A stretch of 64,000 nucleotides of DNA from Bacilli bacterium (lineage in GTDB: Bacteria; Bacillota_I; Bacilli_A; RFN20; CAG-826), in the NCBI GenBank assembly GCA_041669265.1, contig JBAYBM010000004.1:1945-65944 (forward strand), given 5' to 3'. The position numbers were made by a program, and so were the translations under genes. Below are positions 52,075 through 60,828 of this stretch, piece by piece. The notes below the pieces were generated by a model. It saw only the letters and a list, made by a program, of their open reading frames with translations, was not told where the DNA came from and made no database searches. Each line of letters opens with the position of its first letter. Positions within the stretch are counted from its first letter, which is position 1.

Positions 52075-55000
52075 TTTGAACCTCTTTAGAATTTAATGTA
52101 GACACATATAAACTATCTATAATTTCTAGAATCTTTTCTAATAATTCCACCCAATCAGGAAGTTTCTTTATATAAATATTAACTTTTTTATCTATAAAAG
52201 ACATCTTTATTTTGGATAAGAAAGGTACTAAGGCAGTAAATAAACTTGTTCCTATACCTTCTAAATCACTAAATTTTTGGCTTAACTTAATATTTATGTG
52301 GTCATTAAATTCTTCATATGTATCAAATTCTTCTTTTGTAAAATAAATATCGATTTTTCTCTTTGTAAACAAGAATTCCATACTTGTAGGAATTGGACCA
52401 TAAATATCTCTAATAGATTTTCTAACATTTTGTAATTGCTCAATATTTTTTACATCTAATAATTTATGATAAACTTCAAATTTTTCTTCATTATTAATAT
52501 ATGTAACAGGAATATATGCATCAATATTAAGTTCTTTATGTAAGGAAACTTCTTCTGCTTTTTTAATACCTGTCTTCCTTTCTTCAACTGCTTCATTTAA
52601 AAGCTTTATATACATATCAATTCCAACTGCATCAATAAAACCGGCTTGTTCAGGCCCTAAAATATCGCCAGCTCCACGAATTAATAAGTCTCTTTGAGCT
52701 ATCTTATATCCGCTTCCTAAAGCAGATAAATCTTGAATTGCTTGTAGTCTTTTTTGACTAGTTTCTCTCAATTCTTTTTTACCATTTATCATTAAATAGG
52801 CAAAAGCCATTCGGTCCCCACGTCCTACTCTACCTTTAATTTGATATAGTTGTGCAAGGCCAAATTTGTCTGCATTCTCTACAATCATTAAATTCGCATT
52901 CTCGACATCAATTCCATTTTCAATAATAGAAGTTGCAATTAATAAATCTAATTTGCCATCATAAAATTCCTGCATAACCTTACTGGATTCATCTTTACTC
53001 ATTTGCCCATGAATTACGCCAATCTGACAATTCGGAACTAATTTATGCAATTTGTCATATGTATCATAAATAGAAAAAACTTCGTTATGTACATAAAATA
53101 TTTGCCCATGTCTCGACATTTCTCTTAATATTAATTCTCTAACAACATTTAAATCGTATGGTATTACATATGTTTGAATTGCAACCCTCTCTTTTGGTGG
53201 AGTTTCAATTGTAGAAACGCTCTTTAAACCAACTAAAGAGCTTTGTAAGGTCCTTGGAATAGGAGTTGCACTTAAAGTTAATACATCTATACCCTGAGAT
53301 TTTTCTTTAATTCTCTCTTTTTGCTCAACTCCGAATCTTTGCTCTTCATCTATAATCAAAAGTCCCAAATTATGAAGATCAAGTTTCTTTGAAAGAATTT
53401 TATGAGTACCAATAATTAAATCAATTTTTTTGTTTTTAACATTTTCTTCAATTTCTTTTGCCTCTAGTGGCGTTTGTTGCCTTGTATAAATGCCTATCCT
53501 AACATCAAAATTTTTAAATCTTTCTAGAGCTACCTCATAATGTTGACGTGCTAACAATGTTGTTGGACATAATAAAAATACAATTTTACCATTTAGTATT
53601 GCTCTAAAAGCGGCTCTAAAAGCTAATTCGGTTTTTCCAAACCCAACATCACCACATAATAATCTATCCATTGGATGTGGTGATTCCATATCTCTATAAA
53701 TATCAATTAATGATTTTTTTTGATCAAGGGTCAATTCATGATTAAAATCTCTAGCAAAGGCCCCCTCGATTTCACTATCACCTACAAAACTAACTCCAGG
53801 AACTTGAGCTCTTTCACTATATAAAACCATCAATCTCTCAGCTAAATCATTTACCCTTTGCTTTATTTTCTTTTTAGTTGTTTCCCATTTTTTTGTAAAT
53901 AATCTATTTAATTTTGGTGCATAACCTTCTTTACCAACATATTTTCTTACAAGATTAAATTGATATAAAGGAACATATAAAACATCTCCACCATCATATT
54001 CAATTTCTAAATAGTCCTCATGTTTTTTATCAATTTCTAATGTTGAAATTTTTCTAAATTTTCCTATACCATTTTTTTCATGAACAACATAATCTCCGGG
54101 TTGTAAATCTTGATAACTTTCTAAAATTATTCCTTCTTTAAATTTTGATGTATAACTTGAAGAGTGTCTCTTGTATCCAAATAATTCTTTACTTGTTAGA
54201 ATAACAATTTTTTCATCTCTAAATTCAAAACCAAAAGGAAAAGAAAATATTGAGTAATTAACAATATAATTTGGATCAAAATTCAAAGATTCAGATAAAT
54301 GCCCTTTTTGCCCAATAATTTCTAAAGAATCTTCTATTCTTTTAATTTGCTCTTTGTTTTCTAATAAACAAACAATTTTATATTCGTTTTTAATATACAT
54401 ATCAAGGATACGAGTTAAATCGTTTTCTTTTGCAGTATATAAAGCATTATTAGTTAAGTTCGTTAGTACACTATCATTATGAATGTAAAAAGGAGATAAA
54501 AAATAAGAGTAATTTGCATTCTTAAATGAATTAATTTCTTTATTAAAATATTGCAAACCGCTTATACTTCTTCCATTAATATATAATTCATTCATAAAGT
54601 TTTCGGATTCTTCAAATAACAATCCTTTTGCTTTATAGAATTCATCTTCATTTGCAACAATTGCAATATAATTATTCAAAAAATCTAGCAAATCTGCTCT
54701 CTTTTTTTGAATAATCGATAAATATTTATAAATTTTAGGAGAAGCAATTCCCTCTTTTATGTCAGTAATATCTTCATTAATTGAATCACCTAGTTCTTCA
54801 TATGATAAATTTGATAAATCACTTTTTGCATCTGAATATCTTTTTTTAATAATTTCTTCAGCAGAATTTCTTTCTTCATCGCTAAATAAATTTATTGTCC
54901 CTGGGATAATATCAACTTCTTTTGTTTCTTTAATTGATGTTTGAGTAGATAAATCAAAAAATCTAATTGATTCAATTTGTGTATCAAAAAATTCAATACG

Positions 55001-55483
55001 AATTGGATTGTCATAATTTAAAGAGTAAATATCAATGATATCTCCTCTAGAAGCAAATTGAAGTGATTGATCAATTTTGCTTACTTTTGAATAACCAATT
55101 TTTGCAAATTTTTCTTTTAAATAATTTAATTCAACTTCATCACCAACTTTTAATTTTACAAACGAATCTTTAAAAACATCAACTGTTGGATAAAACCTAA
55201 ATAAAGAGGCTGGAGTTACTAAAATTATTTTGTGCTTTGCATTTAAAATCTCAAATAAACCATATATTTGTTGTGATAATAATTCTTTTGATTCACTTAA
55301 ATATTCAACTCTTAATAATTCGTCTGCTGGTAAAACAATAATATTCTCTTTATCAATTAAAGAAGATAAAGAACTATATAAATCATTTTGTTCATATGAA
55401 TTTGATGTATAAATTAGTATATTTTCATTATTTTCTTTAAATAATTTATAAGCTAAGAAGGTTGTTCCAACATATGTATCCAC
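52064..55483 (-). CDS. mfd: Transcription-repair coupling factor
   Basis: RID/CarD-like block PGDYVVHEKNGIGKF. Helicase motifs GDVGFGKTE, IIDEEQRFG, LSATPIPRT. TRG motif present. The frame stays open upstream to pth, so the true start may be ATT at 55555 (see findings). Confidence 0.95.
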   Translation of the reverse strand: MDTYVGTTFLAYKLFKENNENILIYTSNSYEQNDLYSSLSSLIDKENIIVLPADELLRVEYLSESKELLSQQIYGLFEILNAKHKIILVTPASLFRFYPTVDVFKDSFVKLKVGDEVELNYLKEKFAKIGYSKVSKIDQSLQFASRGDIIDIYSLNYDNPIRIEFFDTQIESIRFFDLSTQTSIKETKEVDIIPGTINLFSDEERNSAEEIIKKRYSDAKSDLSNLSYEELGDSINEDITDIKEGIASPKIYKYLSIIQKKRADLLDFLNNYIAIVANEDEFYKAKGLLFEESENFMNELYINGRSISGLQYFNKEINSFKNANYSYFLSPFYIHNDSVLTNLTNNALYTAKENDLTRILDMYIKNEYKIVCLLENKEQIKRIEDSLEIIGQKGHLSESLNFDPNYIVNYSIFSFPFGFEFRDEKIVILTSKELFGYKRHSSSYTSKFKEGIILESYQDLQPGDYVVHEKNGIGKFRKISTLEIDKKHEDYLEIEYDGGDVLYVPLYQFNLVRKYVGKEGYAPKLNRLFTKKWETTKKKIKQRVNDLAERLMVLYSERAQVPGVSFVGDSEIEGAFARDFNHELTLDQKKSLIDIYRDMESPHPMDRLLCGDVGFGKTELAFRAAFRAILNGKIVFLLCPTTLLARQHYEVALERFKNFDVRIGIYTRQQTPLEAKEIEENVKNKKIDLIIGTHKILSKKLDLHNLGLLIIDEEQRFGVEQKERIKEKSQGIDVLTLSATPIPRTLQSSLVGLKSVSTIETPPKERVAIQTYVIPYDLNVVRELILREMSRHGQIFYVHNEVFSIYDTYDKLHKLVPNCQIGVIHGQMSKDESSKVMQEFYDGKLDLLIATSIIENGIDVENANLMIVENADKFGLAQLYQIKGRVGRGDRMAFAYLMINGKKELRETSQKRLQAIQDLSALGSGYKIAQRDLLIRGAGDILGPEQAGFIDAVGIDMYIKLLNEAVEERKTGIKKAEEVSLHKELNIDAYIPVTYINNEEKFEVYHKLLDVKNIEQLQNVRKSIRDIYGPIPTSMEFLFTKRKIDIYFTKEEFDTYEEFNDHINIKLSQKFSDLEGIGTSLFTALVPFLSKIKMSFIDKKVNIYIKKLPDWVELLEKILEIIDSLYVSTLNSKEVQNAL

Positions 55484-55568
55484 GACAAAATAACCTACTT
55501 TATTTTTAGTAGGGGATGTAACAAACTTTTTAGTAACTAAATCTTTAATATCAATAACACTACCTCTT

Positions 55569-56123
55569 CTATTTATTATATAAGGACATTGCTTTATTAA
55601 CCGACTCCTTAATAGCCATTTTAATAGCTTCTACAACACTATTTTCTGCACTATCAATTAAGTCTCTTTCTTCTTTAATAGGTTTACCAAGAACAAAATC
55701 GATTGAATTATCAGTTGGCATGCCAATACCAACACGAATATGCACAAACTTATCTGTCCCTAAACAAGAAATAATAGATTTGATCCCATTATGCCCACCA
55801 CTACTTCCATTTGTTTTAATTTTTAAATGACCCGGCATAATATCCATATCATCATGGATAACAAAAATATTTTCTGGACTAATTTTAAAATAACTAGCTA
55901 ATGCGGATACAGATTCTCCACTTAAGTTCATAAAAGTCATTGGCTTTAATAAATAAATATCTTCATCAAAAAATTTACAAAGACCATAAATACCCTTAAA
56001 ACCTTCTTTATCAACATCACAACCAAAAGCATCTGCTACTTTATCAAGAGTATCAAAACCAGTGTTGTGTCTTGAGTGTTCATATTTAGTTCCAGGATTT
56101 CCTAATCCAACGATAAGTTTCAT
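55569..56123 (-). CDS. pth: Peptidyl-tRNA hydrolase
   Basis: MKLIVGLGNPG...RHNTGF, 184 aa from the ATG at 56123. Confidence 0.95.
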   Translation of the reverse strand: MKLIVGLGNPGTKYEHSRHNTGFDTLDKVADAFGCDVDKEGFKGIYGLCKFFDEDIYLLKPMTFMNLSGESVSALASYFKISPENIFVIHDDMDIMPGHLKIKTNGSSGGHNGIKSIISCLGTDKFVHIRVGIGMPTDNSIDFVLGKPIKEERDLIDSAENSVVEAIKMAIKESVNKAMSLYNK

Positions 56124-56194
56124 GCTTATTATCATACATTTTATTTAGAAAAAATTAAACATATATAAACTATAGAATTTTTTTAAAAACTAGA

Positions 56195-56223
56195 TTGACA
56201 AAGTTGTCAACGAATACTATTAT
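56195..56223 (+). promoter_or_regulatory. Promoter with overlapping palindromic operator (probable TetR autoregulation site)
   Basis: TTGACA, 17 nt spacer, TATTAT. The perfect inverted repeat TTGACAA-AG-TTGTCAA (56195-56210) covers the -35 box. Confidence 0.6.
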
Positions 56224-56243
56224 ATCTCTTGCGTAGGAGAGAT

Positions 56244-56843
56244 ATGCCAAAAACTAGTAAGCAATGCGAAGTAATTAAAGAAGAAAGAAGAAATGCAATA
56301 ATTGAAGAATCATTGCACCTTTTTTGTCTTGAAGGATTTGCTGATGTTTCAGTTGACGACATATGTAATAAATTAAAAATCTCTCATGGACTCTTCTATC
56401 ATTATTTTACAAATAAGGAAGATGTTCAAAAAGCAGTATTTGAAAAAGCTAAACTTTTAATGGATAAACAATTTCAAAATATAGATATCTCAAAAAAGGG
56501 TTTAGATTTTATTGCTCAATTTAATCATTATTCATTGATGTGCTTAAGACAAGGAAAATTGTATGCATATTACATCTATTTTACCCTTGATACAGCAGTA
56601 AATAATAGAATGGTAATTAAAGACAAAGCCAAACCATCTAATAGATTACTAATAGAAGCTATTAAAACTTCACAAAAAAACCATCAAGTTATTAATGGTG
56701 ATTATATGGAAATTTATTTTACTTATTTAAGTTTATTAAAAGGATTAGCTTATTCAGTGATTAAATCAAAGAAACAAACAGATTACATCATTCCAGAAGA
56801 TGAAATTCCAATGAATTTATTTTATAAGAAGGAGATCAAATAG
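56244..56843 (+). CDS. TetR/AcrR-family transcriptional regulator
   Basis: N-terminal HTH (FADVSVDDICNKLKISHGLFYHYFTNKEDV). ATG at 56244 is preceded by TAGGAGAG. Confidence 0.88.
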   Translation: MPKTSKQCEVIKEERRNAIIEESLHLFCLEGFADVSVDDICNKLKISHGLFYHYFTNKEDVQKAVFEKAKLLMDKQFQNIDISKKGLDFIAQFNHYSLMCLRQGKLYAYYIYFTLDTAVNNRMVIKDKAKPSNRLLIEAIKTSQKNHQVINGDYMEIYFTYLSLLKGLAYSVIKSKKQTDYIIPEDEIPMNLFYKKEIK

Positions 56844-56844
56844 T

Positions 56845-58680
56845 ATGAAACTTGCTTTAAAAAGTTTACAAAAGAAATGGTATTTAGTTTTATTAGTAAC
56901 AATTGCTATTATAATTCAATGCTATTTACAATTAATGCTCCCAGAATATATGGGAAATATCCAATCAATTATTACTGGAGGAACATATGAATCAGGTTCC
57001 CAAGAATTATTAAATGCAATATTAGTTCAAGGCGGATGGATGATTCTTATTTCTTTTGGAGTTGTTATTTTAGCTATCGTACAAAACTTCTTTGGTTCAT
57101 GGTTAGGAGCTTATGTTGGAAAAGATGTAAGACAAAATATCTTTAAAAAAGTAAATACACTATCTTTATCTAATTATAATAAATTTGGTACTGCTACATT
57201 AATTACAAGAACTACAAACGATGTTGAACAAATTAAAAACTTTTTAACTATGGGAATTAGAACCCTTGTTATGTCACCAACTTATATGGTTATTGCTTTA
57301 ATTAAAACTTTTAATATTGAAGCAAGACTTGCTATTGTTTTAGCAATTTGCTTACCAGTTATTATTATTGCTATGGCAATATTAATGTGGATTGCTACTC
57401 CATTATTTAAAAAATTCCAAGAAAAAATTGATGCTTTAACAATTGTTGTTAGAGAGAATTTAACTGGAATTAGAGTTATTAGAGCTTACAATCAACAAGA
57501 AACAGAATATAAAAAGTTTAAAAAAGCAAATTCTGATATGACTCACTTAATTGAAAAAGTAAGCAAAACTATGTCAGTTGCGGATCCTTTTATCAGTATT
57601 ATATTCAACCTTTGTTATGTTGGAATTTATGCTTTAGGTTTTTATTTATTACAAGGCGTTAGTTTTACAAATCAAACACAAATAATAAATCAAGTTACAA
57701 ATATCGCTGTTGTTTCTCAATATTCTATGCAAATCATGATGTCTTTCTTAATGTTTGCAATGTTATTTATTATGATGCCACAAGCATCAGCAAGTGCAAA
57801 AAGAATTAATGAAATTCTTAATACGCAATCTCAAATAAAGGAAAAAGAATTCACACCTGAACAAATTGAAGAAATTCAAAATTCAAAAACAACAGGTGTT
57901 ATTGAATTTAAAGATGTTTCTTTTGCTTATCCAGATAGCAATGTTTCATGTGTAGAAAATATTTCATTTAAAACTAAACCAGGAGAAACCACTGCTATTA
58001 TTGGTTCAACCGGAAGTGGCAAATCATCAATTATCAATTTAATTCCACGTTTTTATGATGCTACTTCAGGAGAAGTTCTCCTTGATGGATATAATGTTAA
58101 AGATGTTCCACAAATTGTATTAAGAAGTAAGATTGGATTTGTTCCTCAAACAGCTGTTCTATTTAATGGAACCATTAAAGAAAACATAAAGTTTGGTAAA
58201 AAAGATGCTACAGATGATGAGATTAATGAAGCTTTGACTGTTGCTCAAACCGAACACTTTATTTCAAAACTTCCAGATGGATTAAATACAAGAGTTTCTC
58301 AAGGTGGTAAAAACTTCTCTGGCGGTCAAAAACAACGTTTAGCAATAGCTCGAGCCTTAATTAGAAAACCTGAAATATATGTTTTTGATGATTCTTTTAG
58401 TGCTTTAGATTTTAAAACAGATGCAAAATTAAGAGCGGCTTTAAGGCCATACGCTAAAAATTCTGCTGTTATTGTTGTTGCTCAAAGAGTATCAAGCATC
58501 CTTGATGCTGATAACATTATTGTTCTTAATGAAGGAAAATGTGTTGGACAAGGAACACATAAGGAATTATTAAAAACTTGTAAAGTTTATCAAGATATAG
58601 TTAAGTCACAACTTGATCCTGATGAAGTTGAAAAAACCTTACAAATGGCGCATGAAGCAGCTGTTGAAGGAGGTAATTAA
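56845..58680 (+). CDS. ABC exporter half-transporter (TMD-NBD), subunit with degenerate catalytic residues
   Basis: Six TM helices. Walker A GSTGSGKSS, signature FSGGQKQR, Walker B region IYVFDDSFSALD (Asp in place of the catalytic Glu), H-loop AQRVSSI (Gln in place of His). Confidence 0.9.
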   Translation: MKLALKSLQKKWYLVLLVTIAIIIQCYLQLMLPEYMGNIQSIITGGTYESGSQELLNAILVQGGWMILISFGVVILAIVQNFFGSWLGAYVGKDVRQNIFKKVNTLSLSNYNKFGTATLITRTTNDVEQIKNFLTMGIRTLVMSPTYMVIALIKTFNIEARLAIVLAICLPVIIIAMAILMWIATPLFKKFQEKIDALTIVVRENLTGIRVIRAYNQQETEYKKFKKANSDMTHLIEKVSKTMSVADPFISIIFNLCYVGIYALGFYLLQGVSFTNQTQIINQVTNIAVVSQYSMQIMMSFLMFAMLFIMMPQASASAKRINEILNTQSQIKEKEFTPEQIEEIQNSKTTGVIEFKDVSFAYPDSNVSCVENISFKTKPGETTAIIGSTGSGKSSIINLIPRFYDATSGEVLLDGYNVKDVPQIVLRSKIGFVPQTAVLFNGTIKENIKFGKKDATDDEINEALTVAQTEHFISKLPDGLNTRVSQGGKNFSGGQKQRLAIARALIRKPEIYVFDDSFSALDFKTDAKLRAALRPYAKNSAVIVVAQRVSSILDADNIIVLNEGKCVGQGTHKELLKTCKVYQDIVKSQLDPDEVEKTLQMAHEAAVEGGN

Positions 58681-58681
58681 T

Positions 58682-60775
58682 ATGCCAAGAAGAGAAATGC
58701 ATACTGAAAAACCTAAAAATTTTAAAGGTACGGTAAAAAGAATGGTTAGGGAATTTAAACCTGATCTTGGTTTAATTATCTTTATTGTTATTCTTTCTAT
58801 AGCAAGTGCTGTTTTATCTGTTTATTCACCATTATTGATTAAAGATTTATTATCTACAGAAAATCTTACACAAATGTTCTCTATTGATAATTTAGGAAAT
58901 ATTATTATTGTCTGGGACATATTCTGGCAAAAATTTGGAATTATGCTTGGAATTTATTGTGGAAGCGCTTTGTTAAGTTGGGCAAGTGCATTCTTAGCTG
59001 TATTTGTAAGTTCACATTATGCTTACAATATGCGTGATAAATTACAAAAGAAATTAAATACTTTACCACTATCCTACTTTGATAGAGTCCAATATGGAGA
59101 TACTTTATCAGTAGCAACAAACGATGTTGATAATATCTCAAGAAATATGCAAACAATTATTACTCAAGTATTTTCAGGAATTACATTATTTGTTGGTTCA
59201 TTAATTATGATGCTTGTTACAGATTGGCGTATTGCACTTGTTGCTTTAGCATCATTACCACTTACATTATTAGTTGTTGTTGGTGTTTCTAAGTTTAGTG
59301 GAAGTCAATTTACAACTTATAGAAAACAACTTGGAATATTAAATGGTAAGATTGAAGAAAATTATGCTGGATATATGATTATTAAATTATTCAGTAAAGA
59401 AAAAGATGTCGAAGAATCTTTTGATGAATCAAATGAAAAAATGACAAAAGCTGATGGAATGTCTCAATTCTTATCAGGATTAATCTTCCCTACTACTAAC
59501 TTTATTAATAACTTAGCTTATGTTGGAGTAGCTGTTGTTGCAGGTTATGTAAGTGATCCAGGAACAATGATTTCTTTCTTCTTGTTCTTAAACTTATTCA
59601 CAAGACCATTCCAACAATTGGGTCAAATATTTAGTATTATTCAATCTATTGTTGCAAGTGGTGAACGTATTTATAATTTATTTGATGAAGTTGAAGAAAT
59701 TCATGATGCAAAAGATGCTATTAGTAATGAAGATAAAATTAAAGGAAATATTTCGTTTAATAATGTCTTCTTTGAATATACAAATGATAAACCTCTTATT
59801 GAAAACTTTAATTTAAATATTAAAGCAGGAGATACTGTAGCAATTGTTGGTCCTACAGGTGCAGGAAAAACTACGATTGTTAATCTTTTAATGAGATTCT
59901 ATGAAATATGTTCCGTTAGGACTTATGAAGAAATTGCTGCTACTGAAGTTGAAATAATGAATGAAATAAATAAATTATTAGGGGTTCATGAAGTTAAAGT
60001 TAATGACATTAAAATAGATAAATCATTATCAATTAATGAAGCAACTCATAAAGCACTGCTTGATATTCAACAATATTATGTTTATGAAACAAGTAAAACT
60101 GATAAAAAAGTTATTGATGATCCAGTACTTCAAGCAAAACTTAATGTTATTGTAAATTCATTACCAGATAGATTAAATAATGGTTCTATCTCTGTAGATG
60201 GATATGATTCTAGAGATTATAAACGTAACACATTAAGAGGCTCAATTGGAATGGTTCTTCAAGATACATGGTTATTTAAAGGAACTATTAAAGAAAACTT
60301 ATTATATGGAGATGAGAATGCTACAGATGAAGAAATAGAAAATGCATGTAGGCAAGCTCATATTTATCACTTTATTCAAACATTACCTGGTGGATATGAC
60401 TTTGTTTTAAATGAAGATGGAACTAATGTTTCTCAAGGACAAAGACAATTATTAACTATTGCTAGAGCAATTATCTCTAAACCAAAAATTCTTATTCTTG
60501 ATGAAGCAACTTCTTCAGTTGATACTCGTACAGAACAACAAATACAAGATGCTTTAAATAAAATTATGAAAGATCGAACATCCTTTGTTATTGCTCATAG
60601 ATTATCAACAATTAAGAATGCAAAAATGATTATAGTTATGAAAAAAGGCCATATAGTAGAAACAGGAAATCACAAAGAGTTATTAGCTAAAAATGGTTTC
60701 TATGCTGAACTTTATAATTCACAATTTGCCGGTTCTAATCCAATGGCAAAAAATAAAGAAGTTGAAGATTCATAA
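58682..60775 (+). CDS. ABC exporter half-transporter (TMD-NBD), consensus-site subunit with a 90-aa NBD insertion
   Basis: Walker A GPTGAGKTT, Walker B ILILDEATSSVD, H-loop IAHRLSTI, atypical signature VSQGQRQ. An insertion lies between RFYE and NNGSISVDG (59906-60175). ATG at 58682. Confidence 0.9.
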   Translation: MPRREMHTEKPKNFKGTVKRMVREFKPDLGLIIFIVILSIASAVLSVYSPLLIKDLLSTENLTQMFSIDNLGNIIIVWDIFWQKFGIMLGIYCGSALLSWASAFLAVFVSSHYAYNMRDKLQKKLNTLPLSYFDRVQYGDTLSVATNDVDNISRNMQTIITQVFSGITLFVGSLIMMLVTDWRIALVALASLPLTLLVVVGVSKFSGSQFTTYRKQLGILNGKIEENYAGYMIIKLFSKEKDVEESFDESNEKMTKADGMSQFLSGLIFPTTNFINNLAYVGVAVVAGYVSDPGTMISFFLFLNLFTRPFQQLGQIFSIIQSIVASGERIYNLFDEVEEIHDAKDAISNEDKIKGNISFNNVFFEYTNDKPLIENFNLNIKAGDTVAIVGPTGAGKTTIVNLLMRFYEICSVRTYEEIAATEVEIMNEINKLLGVHEVKVNDIKIDKSLSINEATHKALLDIQQYYVYETSKTDKKVIDDPVLQAKLNVIVNSLPDRLNNGSISVDGYDSRDYKRNTLRGSIGMVLQDTWLFKGTIKENLLYGDENATDEEIENACRQAHIYHFIQTLPGGYDFVLNEDGTNVSQGQRQLLTIARAIISKPKILILDEATSSVDTRTEQQIQDALNKIMKDRTSFVIAHRLSTIKNAKMIIVMKKGHIVETGNHKELLAKNGFYAELYNSQFAGSNPMAKNKEVEDS

Positions 60776-60796
60776 GGGATTTGATGGGAAATTTAA

Positions 60797-60828
60797 AACC
60801 TCAGTTACAAAACTGAGGTTTTTATTTT
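60797..60828. terminator. Bidirectional intrinsic terminator
   Basis: AACCTCAGTT-ACAA-AACTGAGGTT followed by TTTATTTT. The reverse complement is followed by TTTTAAATTT. Confidence 0.8.
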
